This document shows positions 13,691 to 26,239 of a stretch of DNA of 56,075 bases, one piece after another (the stretch's first letter is position 1; the number at the start of each line of letters is the position of its first letter). The DNA comes from Octopus bimaculoides (taxonomy: Eukaryota). The position numbers were made by a program, and so were the translations under genes. Under the pieces are notes generated by a model that saw only the letters and a program-made list of their open reading frames with translations, made no database searches and was not told where the DNA came from. The DNA is taken from positions 130,168,212 to 130,224,286 of the forward strand of contig NC_068982.1 of assembly GCF_001194135.2 (NCBI RefSeq), given 5' to 3'.

Positions 13691-15439
13691 CCTTCCTCGG
13701 CTACTGCTGCTTAAAAAATCAAACACCAAGAACCCATTTAAAATATTCTTTTAGGGCTGCTACTACCTACTACCAAGCCTTCACAAGAGTAAAAGAGAGA
13801 CAGAGCCAGATAGAAAAAGGGAAAATGCCCCTTGTGTTTGAAAACTATGGAAATATTAAAAAAAAACATTTCATTTAAATTTTCCACAATTTAATTGTTT
13901 TTCATGCTTTACTCTAAGTTGAAAAAGTCGCAAAGACTGAAACCGGCATCCATATGGCAAAGGTCTGTTTGATCATGGTCACATTTTCAAGAGAACATGT
14001 GTTGTAATCATATTATGCGCAGTAAGACTACGTGTGTTTACATTCACATAATAAATCATGTAAAATACAATGTAGTGTTATTTTAAATTAATATCTTTAA
14101 AATATTTTCGTCCAGCACCCTACTGCTTCTGCTACATCGCCTTCTTCACAACTCTAAACGATGTCAGGCAAACACAGTAAGAATCATTTTTGGCCTCTTA
14201 AAGCTTTATGGAAGCAAATTGGCAGAGTCGCTACAGCTTTGGAAAAAAAGCCACGGGTTCTTTGTTCCGTCTCTCTGCGACCTTAGTTCAATTTCCGCCG
14301 TTCGTCCTTTCGGAATCGATAAAAACAATCTACCCGACTAGGGTATAGGATTGTTCTGGTTCATTATTTTCTGAGTTCATCTTTTGCAGAGATATCTGCT
14401 CGGGTGAGAGACTTAATTCATCTCCTGGTTTAATACCACCACCTAGCACCTTGGCTGGCTTCAGCGGAGTTCACTTTGTTGCAAGCATTAGGGCCAGATA
14501 TCTGGTTTGAGGATGCCTTTCTCCATACCTTTCACATTGGAGGTTTTGTGAAGAGTCACGGGCTCTACTTTCACTCCTGATACTACACACACGCACGCCG
14601 TGATCTCGTATAGGCTTTCTCGTGGAGTCGTTGTAATAGTTATTTATTGTTGTTTAACCCCCAAATAAGCTTTGATTGAACAGACTTATGGTCAAAGGTA
14701 TTCAAACAACGACTACCCAATCTAATATTCAGGAATAATGTATCTTGGAATACATAGTCCAGGGTGATCATTTTTATGACTGTAGTATATATATAGATCG
14801 GAAGAGCNNNNNNNNNNNNNNNNNNNNNNNNNNNNNNNNNNNNNNNNNNNNNNNNNNNNNNNNNNNNNNNNNNNNNNNNNNNNNNNNNNNNNNNNNNNNN
14901 NNNNNNNNNNNNNNNNNNNNNNNNNNNNNNNNNNNNNNNNNNNNNNNNNNNNNNNNNNNNNNNNNNNNNNNNNNNNNNNNNNNNNNNNNNNNNNNNNNNN
15001 NNNNNNNNNNNNNNNNNNNNNNNNNNNNNNNNNNNNNNNNNNNNNNNNNNNNNNNNNNNNNNNNNNNNNNNNNNNNNNNNNNNNNNNNNNNNNNNNNNNN
15101 NNNNNNNNNNNNNNNNNNNNNNNNNNNNNNNNNNNNNNNNNNNNNNNNNNNNNNNNNNNNNNNNNNNNNNNNNNNNNNNNNNNNNNNNNNNNNNNNNNNN
15201 NNNNNNNNNNNNNNNNNNNNNNNNNNNNNNNNNNNNNNNNNNNNNNNNNNNNNNNNNNNNNNNNNNNNNNNNNNNNNNNNNNNNNNNNNNNNNNNNNNNN
15301 NNNNNNNNNNNNNNNNNNNNNNNNNNNNNNNNNNNNNNNNNNNNNNNNNNNNNNNNNNNNNNNNNNNNNNNNNNNNNNNNNNNNNNNNNNNNNNNNNNNN
15401 NNNNNNNNNNNNNNNNNNNNNNNNNNNNNNNNNNTCCAT

Positions 15440-15697
15440 AATATTATTGTTGTTATTTGTATTTTTATCAAATGATGATGAAGATGATGATGATGTTTCG
15501 TCTATCTTGCTCTTGTTTATCGATACAACTGTTGTTGTTGTTGTTGTTGTGACTTTCCTGACTGGGTCGTATTGTTCTTGTTGTTGTTCTTGTCGTTGCT
15601 TCTGATAATAATCGTGAAGTCCTGTTAATGTCGTCGTTGTTTTCCCTGTAGTGGTCGTTGCGTTGGCAGAGAAAGAAGTGGGAGAAGAAGAAGAAAT

Positions 15698-15776
<79 letters not shown>

Positions 15777-15937
15777 GTAGTAGTAGTAGTAGCAGCAGCA
15801 GTAGCAGTAGTAGTGATGATGGTGATGGTGGTGGTGGCATTGATGCCGCTGCTGGTGGTGATGTTCGTGGTGGTAGTAGTGACAGTAGTAGTAGTAGTAG
15901 CATTAGTAGTAGTAGTAGCATTAGTAGTAGCAGCAAC

Positions 15938-15973
<36 letters not shown>

Positions 15974-16235
15974 TATTCTTGTTGCATCTATTTGTTATCA
16001 CAGTAGTAGACCTTGTAGTGTCTGTTTTCCTAACTGGGTGTTCCTGATGCTGCTGCTGCTGTTGTTTTCATTGTTATTCTGACCTTTGTTGTTGTTACTG
16101 TCGTTATTGTTGTTGTTGCTGTTGTTTTCTAATAGTAGTAGTAGTAATAGTAGCAGTAGTAGTAGTAGTTGTAGTTGTAAATTGACTAATTCATCAACCA
16201 ACAATAGTGCCTATTTATCAGTGGCCAGACAGACG

Positions 16236-16320
<85 letters not shown>

Positions 16321-16321
16321 G

Positions 16322-16394
<73 letters not shown>

Positions 16395-16395
16395 A
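15440..16395. repeat. About 1 kb patchwork of trinucleotide repeats (TTA, TAG, GTG, TTG, CTA, CTG)
   Basis: Read directly; source of the poly-L/V/I/S/Y ORFs. Confidence 0.95.
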
Positions 16396-16655
16396 CTCAA
16401 CCGCTATTATACTGATGAAATAAATGGCTTGCTAAACTCTAAACTGAAAATAAATGAGAATCTAAGTATTTTTTCGCGATAAGCCACTCCCGGTAGTTGT
16501 CTTCAATCAATTAAAAAACAAACAGTGTTAAAGAGGCCTCACACTATAAAATAACAGACTTCATTCAATTAACACCGAATGAAGTTGTTAAAGGGTCTTT
16601 AAACTTACCATTAAAGAGGTTTTGAAAAGAAGTGATTTGTTTTCCTTTCTACCCA

Positions 16656-16730
<75 letters not shown>

Positions 16731-16792
16731 CTTTACCAAGAATCACATTGACAGTGCCTTCGGTGTTTAGGCCAGTGAAGTCACCATTGGAC

Positions 16793-16837
16793 TGTCCGAT
16801 GACGGCTTAGCTAGCCGAAACTTCGAAGACGTTGACG
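16793..16837 (+). ncRNA. Decayed minimal hammerhead-ribozyme-like motif
   Basis: TGTC-CGATGA-C-GGCT tagct AGCC-GAAAC-TTCGAAGAC-GTT-GACG. Stem II is intact and stem I is TGTC/GACG, but the core lacks U4. Confidence 0.5.
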
Positions 16838-16875
16838 ATACTATTCATGTCAAAGAATTATAAATTTCTACTCAA

Positions 16876-17030
16876 CAGGCGTGGCTGTGTGGTAAGAAGC
16901 TTGCTTCCTTACCACCTGGTCCCGGGTTCAGTCTCACTGCGCGGCACCTTAAGCAAGTGTCTTCTACTGTGGCCGACCAAAGCCTTGTGAGTGGATTTGG
17001 TAGATGGAAACTGAAAGAAGCCCATCGTAT
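16876..17030 (+). mobile_element. tRNA-derived SINE family B, 5' half
   Basis: Matches 29463-29630; has TGGCTGTGTGG and GGTTCAGTC boxes. Confidence 0.85.
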
Positions 17031-17045
17031 AATATATATATATAT

Positions 17046-17927
17046 CGAGGGGGTACCCAAACGAAACCGGAATTTTGCAATATTATTTTATTAACTTAGT
17101 TTTACATGTTTACACTTTTACTGCCTTCAAAGCGTTCTTCATTTGAAGAAATGCATTGGTCCAGGCGCGTTTTCCTGTATTCGAAGTAGTGCTGGAACTC
17201 TTGCGAAGTGATGCCTTTTAACGCTTTCGTCGATTTTTTTTTCCACCTCTTCCACATCTGCAAATTCCGTAGCACTATCTTTCGTCACTAGTGATGACCT
17301 TCAAAAAAGGTCCGGATCAACTTCCAACTGTTCTTTCAGTTCACGACGTGCATTCAGTCACGACTCTTTTTGATCTTCCGCTGAATTTTTTTTCATTCGC
17401 GATTCCTCTCTCAAGAATCGTTGACAGGAGCCCCAGGACATACTAGCCACATCAACAAATTCGTCAATTGTTCGGTGATGGTCCTCCAAGATCAGTTCAT
17501 GAATTTTCATAATGCTTTCATTCGTTTGGGAAGTCGACGGCTACCCTGAACGAGTTTAGTCTTCAAGTGACAAGTGACCATTCACAAAGTGTGAAAACCA
17601 CACATAAACTTGTGTATTGCTCATGGCAGCATCCTTGTAAGCTGTTGGAAGCATGACAACTGTTTCAGCGGTTGTTTTTCCCAGCAGAAGACAGAATTTC
17701 ACGGAAGCACGCTGTTCCTTCGTTTCATTCAACGCAAAAATCAACGAACAGGGGAGAAGCACTGCAAAACAAAGACGCACCACGTAGCAATACGACCTCA
17801 CCGGACGACGCTTATCGACATACTCATACTTGAAGGTCGCATCAAGTGGCCTCTTGTGCGGGAAGCCTGAACTACAACGGGCTTGTCCTACAGAGAACGT
17901 TTCCGGTTACTTTTGGGTACCTCCTCG
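17046..17927 (-). mobile_element. Internally deleted mariner element with both TIRs
   Basis: TIRs CGAGGGGGTACCCAAACGAAACCGGAA and CGAGGAGGTACCCAAAAGTAACCGGAA, with TA on both flanks. The N-terminal HTH reads ETKEQRASVKFCLLLGKTTAETVVML; most of the catalytic domain is deleted. Confidence 0.92.
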
Positions 17928-17989
17928 TATATATTTATGGAAAATGAGATTCTTTCTAGATATACTATGTCTGTATGAAAGGTTTTTGT

Positions 17990-18077
<88 letters not shown>

Positions 18078-18743
18078 AAACATACACAGATACATCTATT
18101 GGTCAACCCTGATTGAGAAAGCCTATGATGGTTTGTAATATTCATAGAAAATTTCATAGAAATTTTCATAGAAAATTTACTCTGTACTTTTAGGTAGTAT
18201 AATCCGACACTGGAAACATGCTGTCGTTACTCTTCTCATACGCCTCATAGAGTTTATATTGAGAGAAATCTGAAGCCAGTTCTAACAGCCTGGATCTCTT
18301 ATACAGCATTGTGAAAATAATTGCAATTTTCAGATCTGTCTTTTAGCAATGATCATTTTTATTCTTGGAACAAAATTTAATAAGCTAATATAATAATGAT
18401 CTTAATTTCCAGACTAAAAGTAACGTTTTCCAACACTATACAATAGCTATTACAATGTGAAACACTTTTTAATTATGTAAGCCATGTATAGAGCGTCCTA
18501 ATGTTAGAGAACGGGCTGAAACGAACTAAATACTTGTTAATAGTCAGATCAATCCTACTACGTTATAAGTTGAAATCCTCACAGCCAACTTAGGTTTTAT
18601 TGCTAGACAGTTTGATAAAATATGTATCAATAATGTAAAATAGTCGTTGTAAAAACATTGATATATTGAAACTTGGCAAATTTCGTGTCTATAATCGATT
18701 AAATTGACATCAGTGTATTATTGTCAAAACAATAATAATTTCT

Positions 18744-18962
18744 AAGGCGGCGAGCTGGCAGAATCGTTAGCACGCCGGGCGAAATGCCTAGCGGTATTTC
18801 GTCTTCTGTTACATTCTGAGTTCAAATTCCGCCTTTCATCCTTTCGAGGTCGATAAATTAAGTACCAGTTACACACTGGGGTCGATGTAATCGACTTAAT
18901 CCCTTTGTCTGTCCTTGTTTGTCTCCTCTATGTTTAGCCCCTTGTGGGCAATAAAGAAATAA
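18744..18962 (+). mobile_element. SINE family A, near full length; further minus-strand fragments at 18988-19430
   Basis: Runs from the AAGGCGGCGAGCTGGC head to the CCCTTGTGGGCAATAAAGAAATAA tail. Confidence 0.88.
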
Positions 18963-19782
18963 AAATAATAATAATTTCTGTTAATGACACAAGGCCAGCA
19001 ATTTCGGGGTAAGGGGCTGGTCGATTACTTCGACCTCAGCGCTTCACAAATACTTTTATCGACTCCCAAATGATGAAAGCCTTAGTCGATCTCAGCAGAA
19101 TTTGAACTCAGCACGTAAAGACGGACGAAATGCTGTTTAGCACAAGACCAGCAATTTTGATAGGAGAGGATTAGTCGATGCCATCAAATCAAAGGCTTGA
19201 CTGGTACTTTATTTCATCGACCTCGAAAGAATGAAATATAATGGTTTCTGATTTCGGTGCAAGGTCAACGATTTTGTGAAGAGTGGGGTTAGTTGATACC
19301 ATCAACCTCAGTGCCTTACTGGTACTTTATTTTATTGTATTAATGAAAGGCAAAGTTGACCTCAGCGAAATTTGAAATTCGAACAAAAAAAGTCAGATCA
19401 TATACTGCAAAGCATTTTTCTGACGATTCTAACGAAGGACACGAGAAAATGAAATAATGTATCAGGCATCGATCATCTTAGATCAAGGAATCAATATCTG
19501 GGCTTTTAACTAAATTCACCCAGGTCAATTAGGATCACTGCTTTGTTCAAATTCTAGTGTTTTATATATTAACTTATACGTGTCATAAGTTAGACAGTTT
19601 GTGAGTAGGTCAGTAGCACATTAATAAATGCGGTCATCACTTCTAGCCCCACTTACCTCCAGCCATCAGGCCCCGCTTTTGACCATATCCTTTTCCTCTT
19701 CCTTATCATTTTCCCTTGCTTCAACTTCCTCCCTACTCTCTCTCTCTCTCAACATACATACATACATACATACATACGTATG

Positions 19783-19814
<32 letters not shown>

Positions 19815-20203
19815 NNNNNNNNNNNNNNNNNNNNNNNNNNNNNNNNNNNNNNNNNNNNNNNNNNNNNNNNNNNNNNNNNNNNNNNNNNNNNNNNNNNNNN
19901 NNNNNNNNNNNNNNNNNNNNNNNNNNNNNNNNNNNNNNNNNNNNNNNNNNNNNNNNNNNNNNNNNNNNNNNNNNNNNNNNNNNNNNNNNNNNNNNNNNNN
20001 NNNNNNNNNNNNNNNNNNNNNNNNNNNNNNNNNNNNNNNNNNNNNNNNNNNNNNNNNNNNNNNNNNNNNNNNNNNNNNNNNNNNNNNNNNNNNNNNNNNN
20101 NNNNNNNNNNNNNNNNNNNNNNNNNNNNNNNNNNNNNNNNNNNNNNNNNNNNNNNNNNNNNNNNNNNNNNNNNNNNNNNNNNNNNNNNNNNNNNNNNNNN
20201 NNN

Positions 20204-20276
<73 letters not shown>

Positions 20277-20714
20277 TAATAGGTAGACACACTCATCCAC
20301 ATAATCTAGCAATTCGACTGCTTAAAGAGATGTGACTTTTCCTTGTGATTGCGCGGACTTAACTCTATACATACCTTAGGTAAGACACAGTAAATGTTCA
20401 TGTGTCCTTGACCTTTGTTTGCTCGCATTCACTAAGAACTATTTTCTATTCATTGGAAATAAAATTCGGAATTCTGAGTGATACCAAGAAAAATGATTTA
20501 GATGAGTATAGACATGGGTGTATTGATAAAAACAATTATGCACCCCAGTTTCGATCCCACTCTACAGCATCTCGCTAGTAAAATTTAGTGAAACTCATCG
20601 AAAAAAGCTAGCAGTTACCGTTAAAATGAGTGGTATCTTTCCTGCGTTCTTTTAGTAGAATTAGTCACTTAGACGACAATGATTATATAGTCATCACTAA
20701 AAACCACATATACA

Positions 20715-20748
<34 letters not shown>

Positions 20749-20953
20749 CATAAAACAAAATATACAAATCTGCATATATACATACATGCATACAATAATA
20801 CCCTATTGTCGGTGCGTAGTGATCGAAATTCCAATGAAGATACCTTGGATCTAGGTTAGAAACCGGCACTTTCTCTCTTGGCAAGAAATCTTGAAATAAA
20901 ACTGAATAATGACACACACACACATATACACATACACACATATACACATACAT

Positions 20954-21562
20954 ACAAGACAAGGCATAAATAATGGTCATTACATATTTCTATATTTCTT
21001 TATTGAGGTAAATTTAACTTACAGCTGTTTCCGGTAATCATTAGAGGTTCGTTATTGATAGATTTACCCATTGATGGGTTGACAAAAATTGAATGACCTA
21101 GAGAATGCTACATTTGAAGGCCAAATATAATTTTAAATTAAATTAAATTAAATTTGGTTTTTAGTATACTTCTATTTTATTTTATTTTAATTTTTATTCT
21201 CACATTTTCTCTTCTATCTCTATTTAATATCCACTCTTACCAAATCTTTTTGCACCTTCCCATCATAATATAGTTACTGCTGATTTTCATTCATTTTTTT
21301 AATCATAAAATTCGCTCTGAATGTGATAGTACGAATGCCCAAATATTAAAGATTTAAGATAACCATCAGAGTAAGTGGTTTATATCAAGTTTCAACACAA
21401 TATCTGGATAATTCTCTCAGTCGTTCAATTTTTTAACCGATCAATCGGCCGATTTAGTAAACCTACCAATAACAAACCTATAACGACTATTGGAAACAGG
21501 TGTAAGTCAAATTTACTTCAATAAAGGATTATATAATGACCATTATTTATGCCTTGTCTTGT
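20954..21562. repeat. Inverted pair of about 110 bp repeats carrying decayed hammerhead-like cores (Penelope pseudo-LTR-like)
   Basis: 20954-21068 matches the reverse complement of 21457-21562 (ACAAGACAAGGCATAAATAATGGTCATTA...CTTACASCTGTTTCC). Confidence 0.7.
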
Positions 21563-21756
21563 ATATCACTCTGTGAAAAAATCAATTTAACTGGAACACA
21601 ACCATGGATTTACAATATGGAATGGTGATGAACTATAACACCAGACCCTGCTACAGGAATACGTGGAGTTCTTTACTCATCTAAACAATATTGTTTGCCT
21701 GATGTTCTAACAGAGAGCTTATAAAGTATTTTGTCCGGATTGATAATCCCTCAGTC

Positions 21757-21818
<62 letters not shown>

Positions 21819-22398
21819 CTCTCTCTCTCTCTCTCTNNNNNNNNNNNNNNNNNNNNNNNNNNNNNNNNNNNNNNNNNNNNNNNNNNNNNNNNNNNNNNNN
21901 NNNNNNNNNNNNNNNNNNNNNNNNNNNNNNNNNNNNNNNNNNNNNNNNNNNNNNNNNNNNNNNNNNNNNNNNNNNNNNNNNNNNNNNNNNNNNNNNNNNN
22001 NNNNNNNNNNNNNNNNNNNNNNNNNNNNNNNNNNNNNNNNNNNNNNNNNNNNNNNNNNNNNNNNNNNNNNNNNNNNNNNNNNNNNNNNNNNNNNNNNNNN
22101 NNNNNNNNNNNNNNNNNNNNNNNNNNNNNNNNNNNNNNNNNNNNNNNNNNTATATAAGGTATGTTAGAGGTGTTTAAACCCTCTAAGGGATAGATGTCTC
22201 CAAAGGCACTCCTGGTAATTATCTCAATAAGTATGGTCCTTGGTATGAGATATACGACAGCAGGTAATTAAAAAGGTAAGCCGTAGTTTAATGTATATAT
22301 ACACGATAAGAAAATGGAGGAAAAACAACAGCGAGAAGTATGTCTTTGGTGTTAAAAAGCCATTATTTAATTAGCTAAGCAAGGTGAGAGTAAGAGTG

Positions 22399-22476
22399 AA
22401 TTTACAGCTGTTTCTGTGTACCATGCTGAGGTAAATATGTATTTACCTCGTTGCAAATGGTAGACATCATCAGAAC
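22399..22476 (-). ncRNA. Minimal type I hammerhead ribozyme motif
   Basis: Minus strand: CTGATGA (22467-22473), stem II TGTCTACCAT/ATGGTACACA with an inner GAGGTAAAT/ATTTACCTC hairpin, then GAAAC-AGCT-GTA. Predicted cleavage between 22403 and 22402. Stem I is only about 3 bp. Confidence 0.7.
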
Positions 22477-22619
22477 GAAGAAGGCAGAGATAGACTAAGA
22501 GGAGAATAGAGCGAAAGATAGAGGGAGAAACCGGAAAAGAAAATGTTCAATGATTCGAAAGTCTTACATTTTAGTTAGGTTCAAAGTTCAGTAAATCCAT
22601 TGTGAAGTAGATGAAGAAT

Positions 22620-23250
22620 AGAAGTTGGTTGAATCTGTCTCGTAATTAATTATTAGCATGACTTCCACGTATTTGCCTGTTCGGTTAGTTGACCGCCGGC
22701 GTAATCTGAGGGAGTTATCCTTAATTAGGGATATCCGGTGTGGTTATTAGGACCTATGAGTCACTAACTTGTAGGTTGTAGGTAGTTCGTATATTTACAA
22801 AGGAAGCCGTAAATAAGTGTAAAATTTATAGCTAGCATCGGTACGATTTAGCGTGTAAATAGACAAAGTATCGGAATACAAATATAATATCTACAAAAAT
22901 GGGCTTAGAAAAGATATCTCATTATAGGAGTGGAGCCACTCATCTATTGCTTGCTCTCCTATCTATTGCACCAAAAGGATTCGTAAAATAGCACCTATTA
23001 ATGCTTCGTGGATAAGTTGTCATTATTGATTCTTTTCATATCACGTAAGTACCGCCGACAATTTAGCTGGTAGCTAACTCTCTGTAATAGGGTAATCCTA
23101 ACAAGAGTCTAGCAGTTCATTAAGAAATTCTTTTAAGCTTAGAACTTAGAGCAAGCGTTTTTGCACCACAAGCCAGTTTCATGTATGATGATTTTCCCAC
23201 AGACCGAGGGATCACGCACGTAACAAAGCACAGTAAAGTGCATAATATAT
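22620..23250 (-). mobile_element. Heavily decayed Penelope-like reverse transcriptase fragment
   Basis: Stop-ridden translation VAPLL**DIF...FRYFV and IYELPTTYKLVTHRS**PHRISLIKDNSLRLRRRSTN resembles the PLE RT core and thumb (SP.LA.IF...RY.DD; YRKPT...S.HP). Recognition is weak. Confidence 0.45.
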
Positions 23251-25623
23251 AATTAAAATATTACATATATAATATTAAATGTTACATGTATGATACATAT
23301 GCAATGCAGAAACTGCCTATTGATGGAAATAATTAATAAAATAGAAAAAAAAGAGAAAATTATTCTTTCTGTGCAGCCGGTACCAAATGATTCGCGGCCT
23401 GTACTGGTCCATGACCCGTTGGTTAGGTACGCCTTACTTAGGATACACCAGAATCTCTGCATTAATTAACTATAACGAAAATAGTTCAAATTTATGTAGT
23501 CGCTGTGGAGTATTCAACGGTACACATGCCCATTATTTGACGGCAACTCTGAATGAGAAAGAGGGATACTTTCAAGAAATTAAGGATTTTTAGATTAATT
23601 CTCAAGCAAACATTAAAAGACAATCTGATTGGAATAATTATGAACACGTGTTCTTCCTTCAACAAGCATCATCACCATAGCATTGTGCTCGCCTTCGAAC
23701 CAGATTTAGACATTTGATATAGATTTGTGTCATAGCGCCTTTATATTTCTTTTAAGAAGTTCCCAAGCATTTTTGAGTATAATACCTGAATTAAGTGGAC
23801 GAAATTGTGCTGAAAGCCTCCCACACACACAAAGGAGGAAAATAGATTTAGAAGTTCAGACAAAATAAATAGAACTAAAAACATGAGTATCGATATATTT
23901 AATATTTTTAATCGAAAGAGAGGCGTAAGGAATGCATAAGATGTTGCATATATTTACAGGGTGTAAACAGACCCATACAACGATTTCAATTATTCTTTAA
24001 ATATTTGAAACAGCTGTAAAGACTTATATACATACTGTAAATGTATATGTACCACCTTATAAATGCATCTCTTACGCCTATAATTGTTTCCTCTTCTTTT
24101 CTCTTTGATATCCGCTCGAACTTTATTTTTTAATTCTATCCAACTCACCTATCTCTGGAGTACTTTATCCTATTTAAAGAAGTTACAGTCAAAACAATTC
24201 GATAAAAAAAAAAGGTATCGGTCTTTCACAATAAGTTCGATTACATCGACCACATGTCACTCCATAAAAATCTGTCCTTGTTCTGAAACAGGTGGATAGC
24301 GGTAAGTACGTTGGCTCCATTGAAATTTCAAACACTAATTCCTTTTGTGAATGTGCGCGCTTGTAGGCGTGAACAACTCGTGTGAGAGAGTGTGTGCGTG
24401 CGCGCGTATGTATGCATGCGTGTATGGCTCTGCGTGTGTGTACGTGTGTGTGCATCCGTATGTGTGTGAGTACGTGTGTGCATGCGTGTGCGTGTGTGTA
24501 CGTGTGTGCGTGTGTGTGTATGTGTGTGTGTATGAGAGAGAGAGAGAGAGAGCGAGAGAAAGAGAAAGAAAGAGATAGCGCGTGTTTCTGTTAGTGGGTA
24601 CGTTTGGTACGTTTCTGTTAGAGGGTACGTATATAATGTGTGTGTGTATGCGTGTGTGTATGAGTACATGTGCGCGTGCATGTGTGTGTACGTGTGTGCA
24701 CGTGTGTTGTGCGTGTATATGTGTGTTTGTGTGTGTGTGAGTGTGTGTATGTGTGTGTGCGTGTATATGCGCTCCAGTTTGTTATGTTTTGGTAGTGTTA
24801 GCAGTCCTGTCCCAGATTTTGGGCGTCGACGCTTCCTTATCACTTTCGACTTGCTCCTGGAGTGGGTGGATGTGGCGGCGGCTGTCGAAGGATGGCAGAT
24901 AGATACGTTTTACTCATTTTACACCTTTTCTTTATACCGATTCCATCCCATCCGAAACCTGGTTTTTCAATACTGATTCACCTTGTGTAGAGTATATTTA
25001 CCCTGAACGCTGTTTCTCCCAGACATTTGAAGGGAGGCACCGATGTAAAAAAAAAAAAAACAAGGCAACAAGAACCAATGATAATGTATGCTAAGACAAA
25101 ATAAAATAGCACACGCACACGCACGTTCCGCACGCACACACACGCCCGCACGCACACACACAAACACACGCTCACTCTCTCTCTCTCTCTCTCTCTCTTA
25201 CACACGCACTCACACTCATACTGCCAACGAAATGTAAATGTAGAAACACTGATGAATGACGTGGCAACAACAAACTACACATTTTACTATGATGTTTATA
25301 TAAATTGAGATAAAAGACCGTTGTTTGAAGAACACAGTTCAAACAGTACTAGAAAGTATACTGTATTTCTAGTTGTGACTGTTCTGCACTCTTTTGCATT
25401 GCGAGGGCTGCACTTATATATATATATATGTATAACTGCTTACACACAATGATTCATATACACACGATTGGCGTAATGGCTACCACATTTGTCTATCAGT
25501 AATAGCTGCATTGCTCGGATAAGGAAGTTTGTCATTATTTTTCTCATTTGAATAGTTGCTTTACACATGTCTTTTATTTACACTATTTCTTAAAAAAAAG
25601 TCTTAGTTAAACACACACACACA

Positions 25624-25669
<46 letters not shown>

Positions 25670-25885
25670 TGTGTGAGTGCGTGCGAGCGCGCACACACGC
25701 AAACCCACAAAAACACCCTTGAATAGGCTTATATACATTACATACGTACATACATAATACATACATTCATATATATAAATATATAAGTATGCCTATTGAA
25801 GGGCATTTGTGTATGTTTGCGTGTGCGCGCGCGCACGCACATGAAACTGTGTAATTAAGACTGTATACACGCATACACACACATA

Positions 25886-26232
25886 CGAGGTCTGATCAAT
25901 AAGTGTCCAGACTGGTGCTGTAAAAACAAAACAACACGTACCAATTTGGCATTTAATCTCCTTCAAAGAAGTTCCCTTCGGAAGCCATATACTTAATCCA
26001 GCGCTGTTTCCATTGATGGAAGCATTCCTGGAACTCGTTTTCTGGGATAATCAGTAGCTGCCTCGTCGCATTCACTTTGATTTCGTCGACGTCCTGAAAT
26101 CTTCTTCCTTTCAAGCGGGAATTGATTTTTGGAAAGAGGAGAAAACTGCAAGGGGTGAGATCTGGAGAATACGGTAGCTGTCGGACCTGGGGAATGCTGT
26201 GCTTTGCCAAAAACTGGTGCACAGGCTGCGCT
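25886..26232 (-). mobile_element. Mariner 3' fragment with one TIR
   Basis: TA followed by the TIR CGAGGTCTGATCAATAAGT; the ORF contains PYSPDLTPCSFLLFPKINSRLKGRRFQDVDEIK...SEGNFFEGD. Confidence 0.92.
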
Positions 26233-26239
26233 GAATGTA

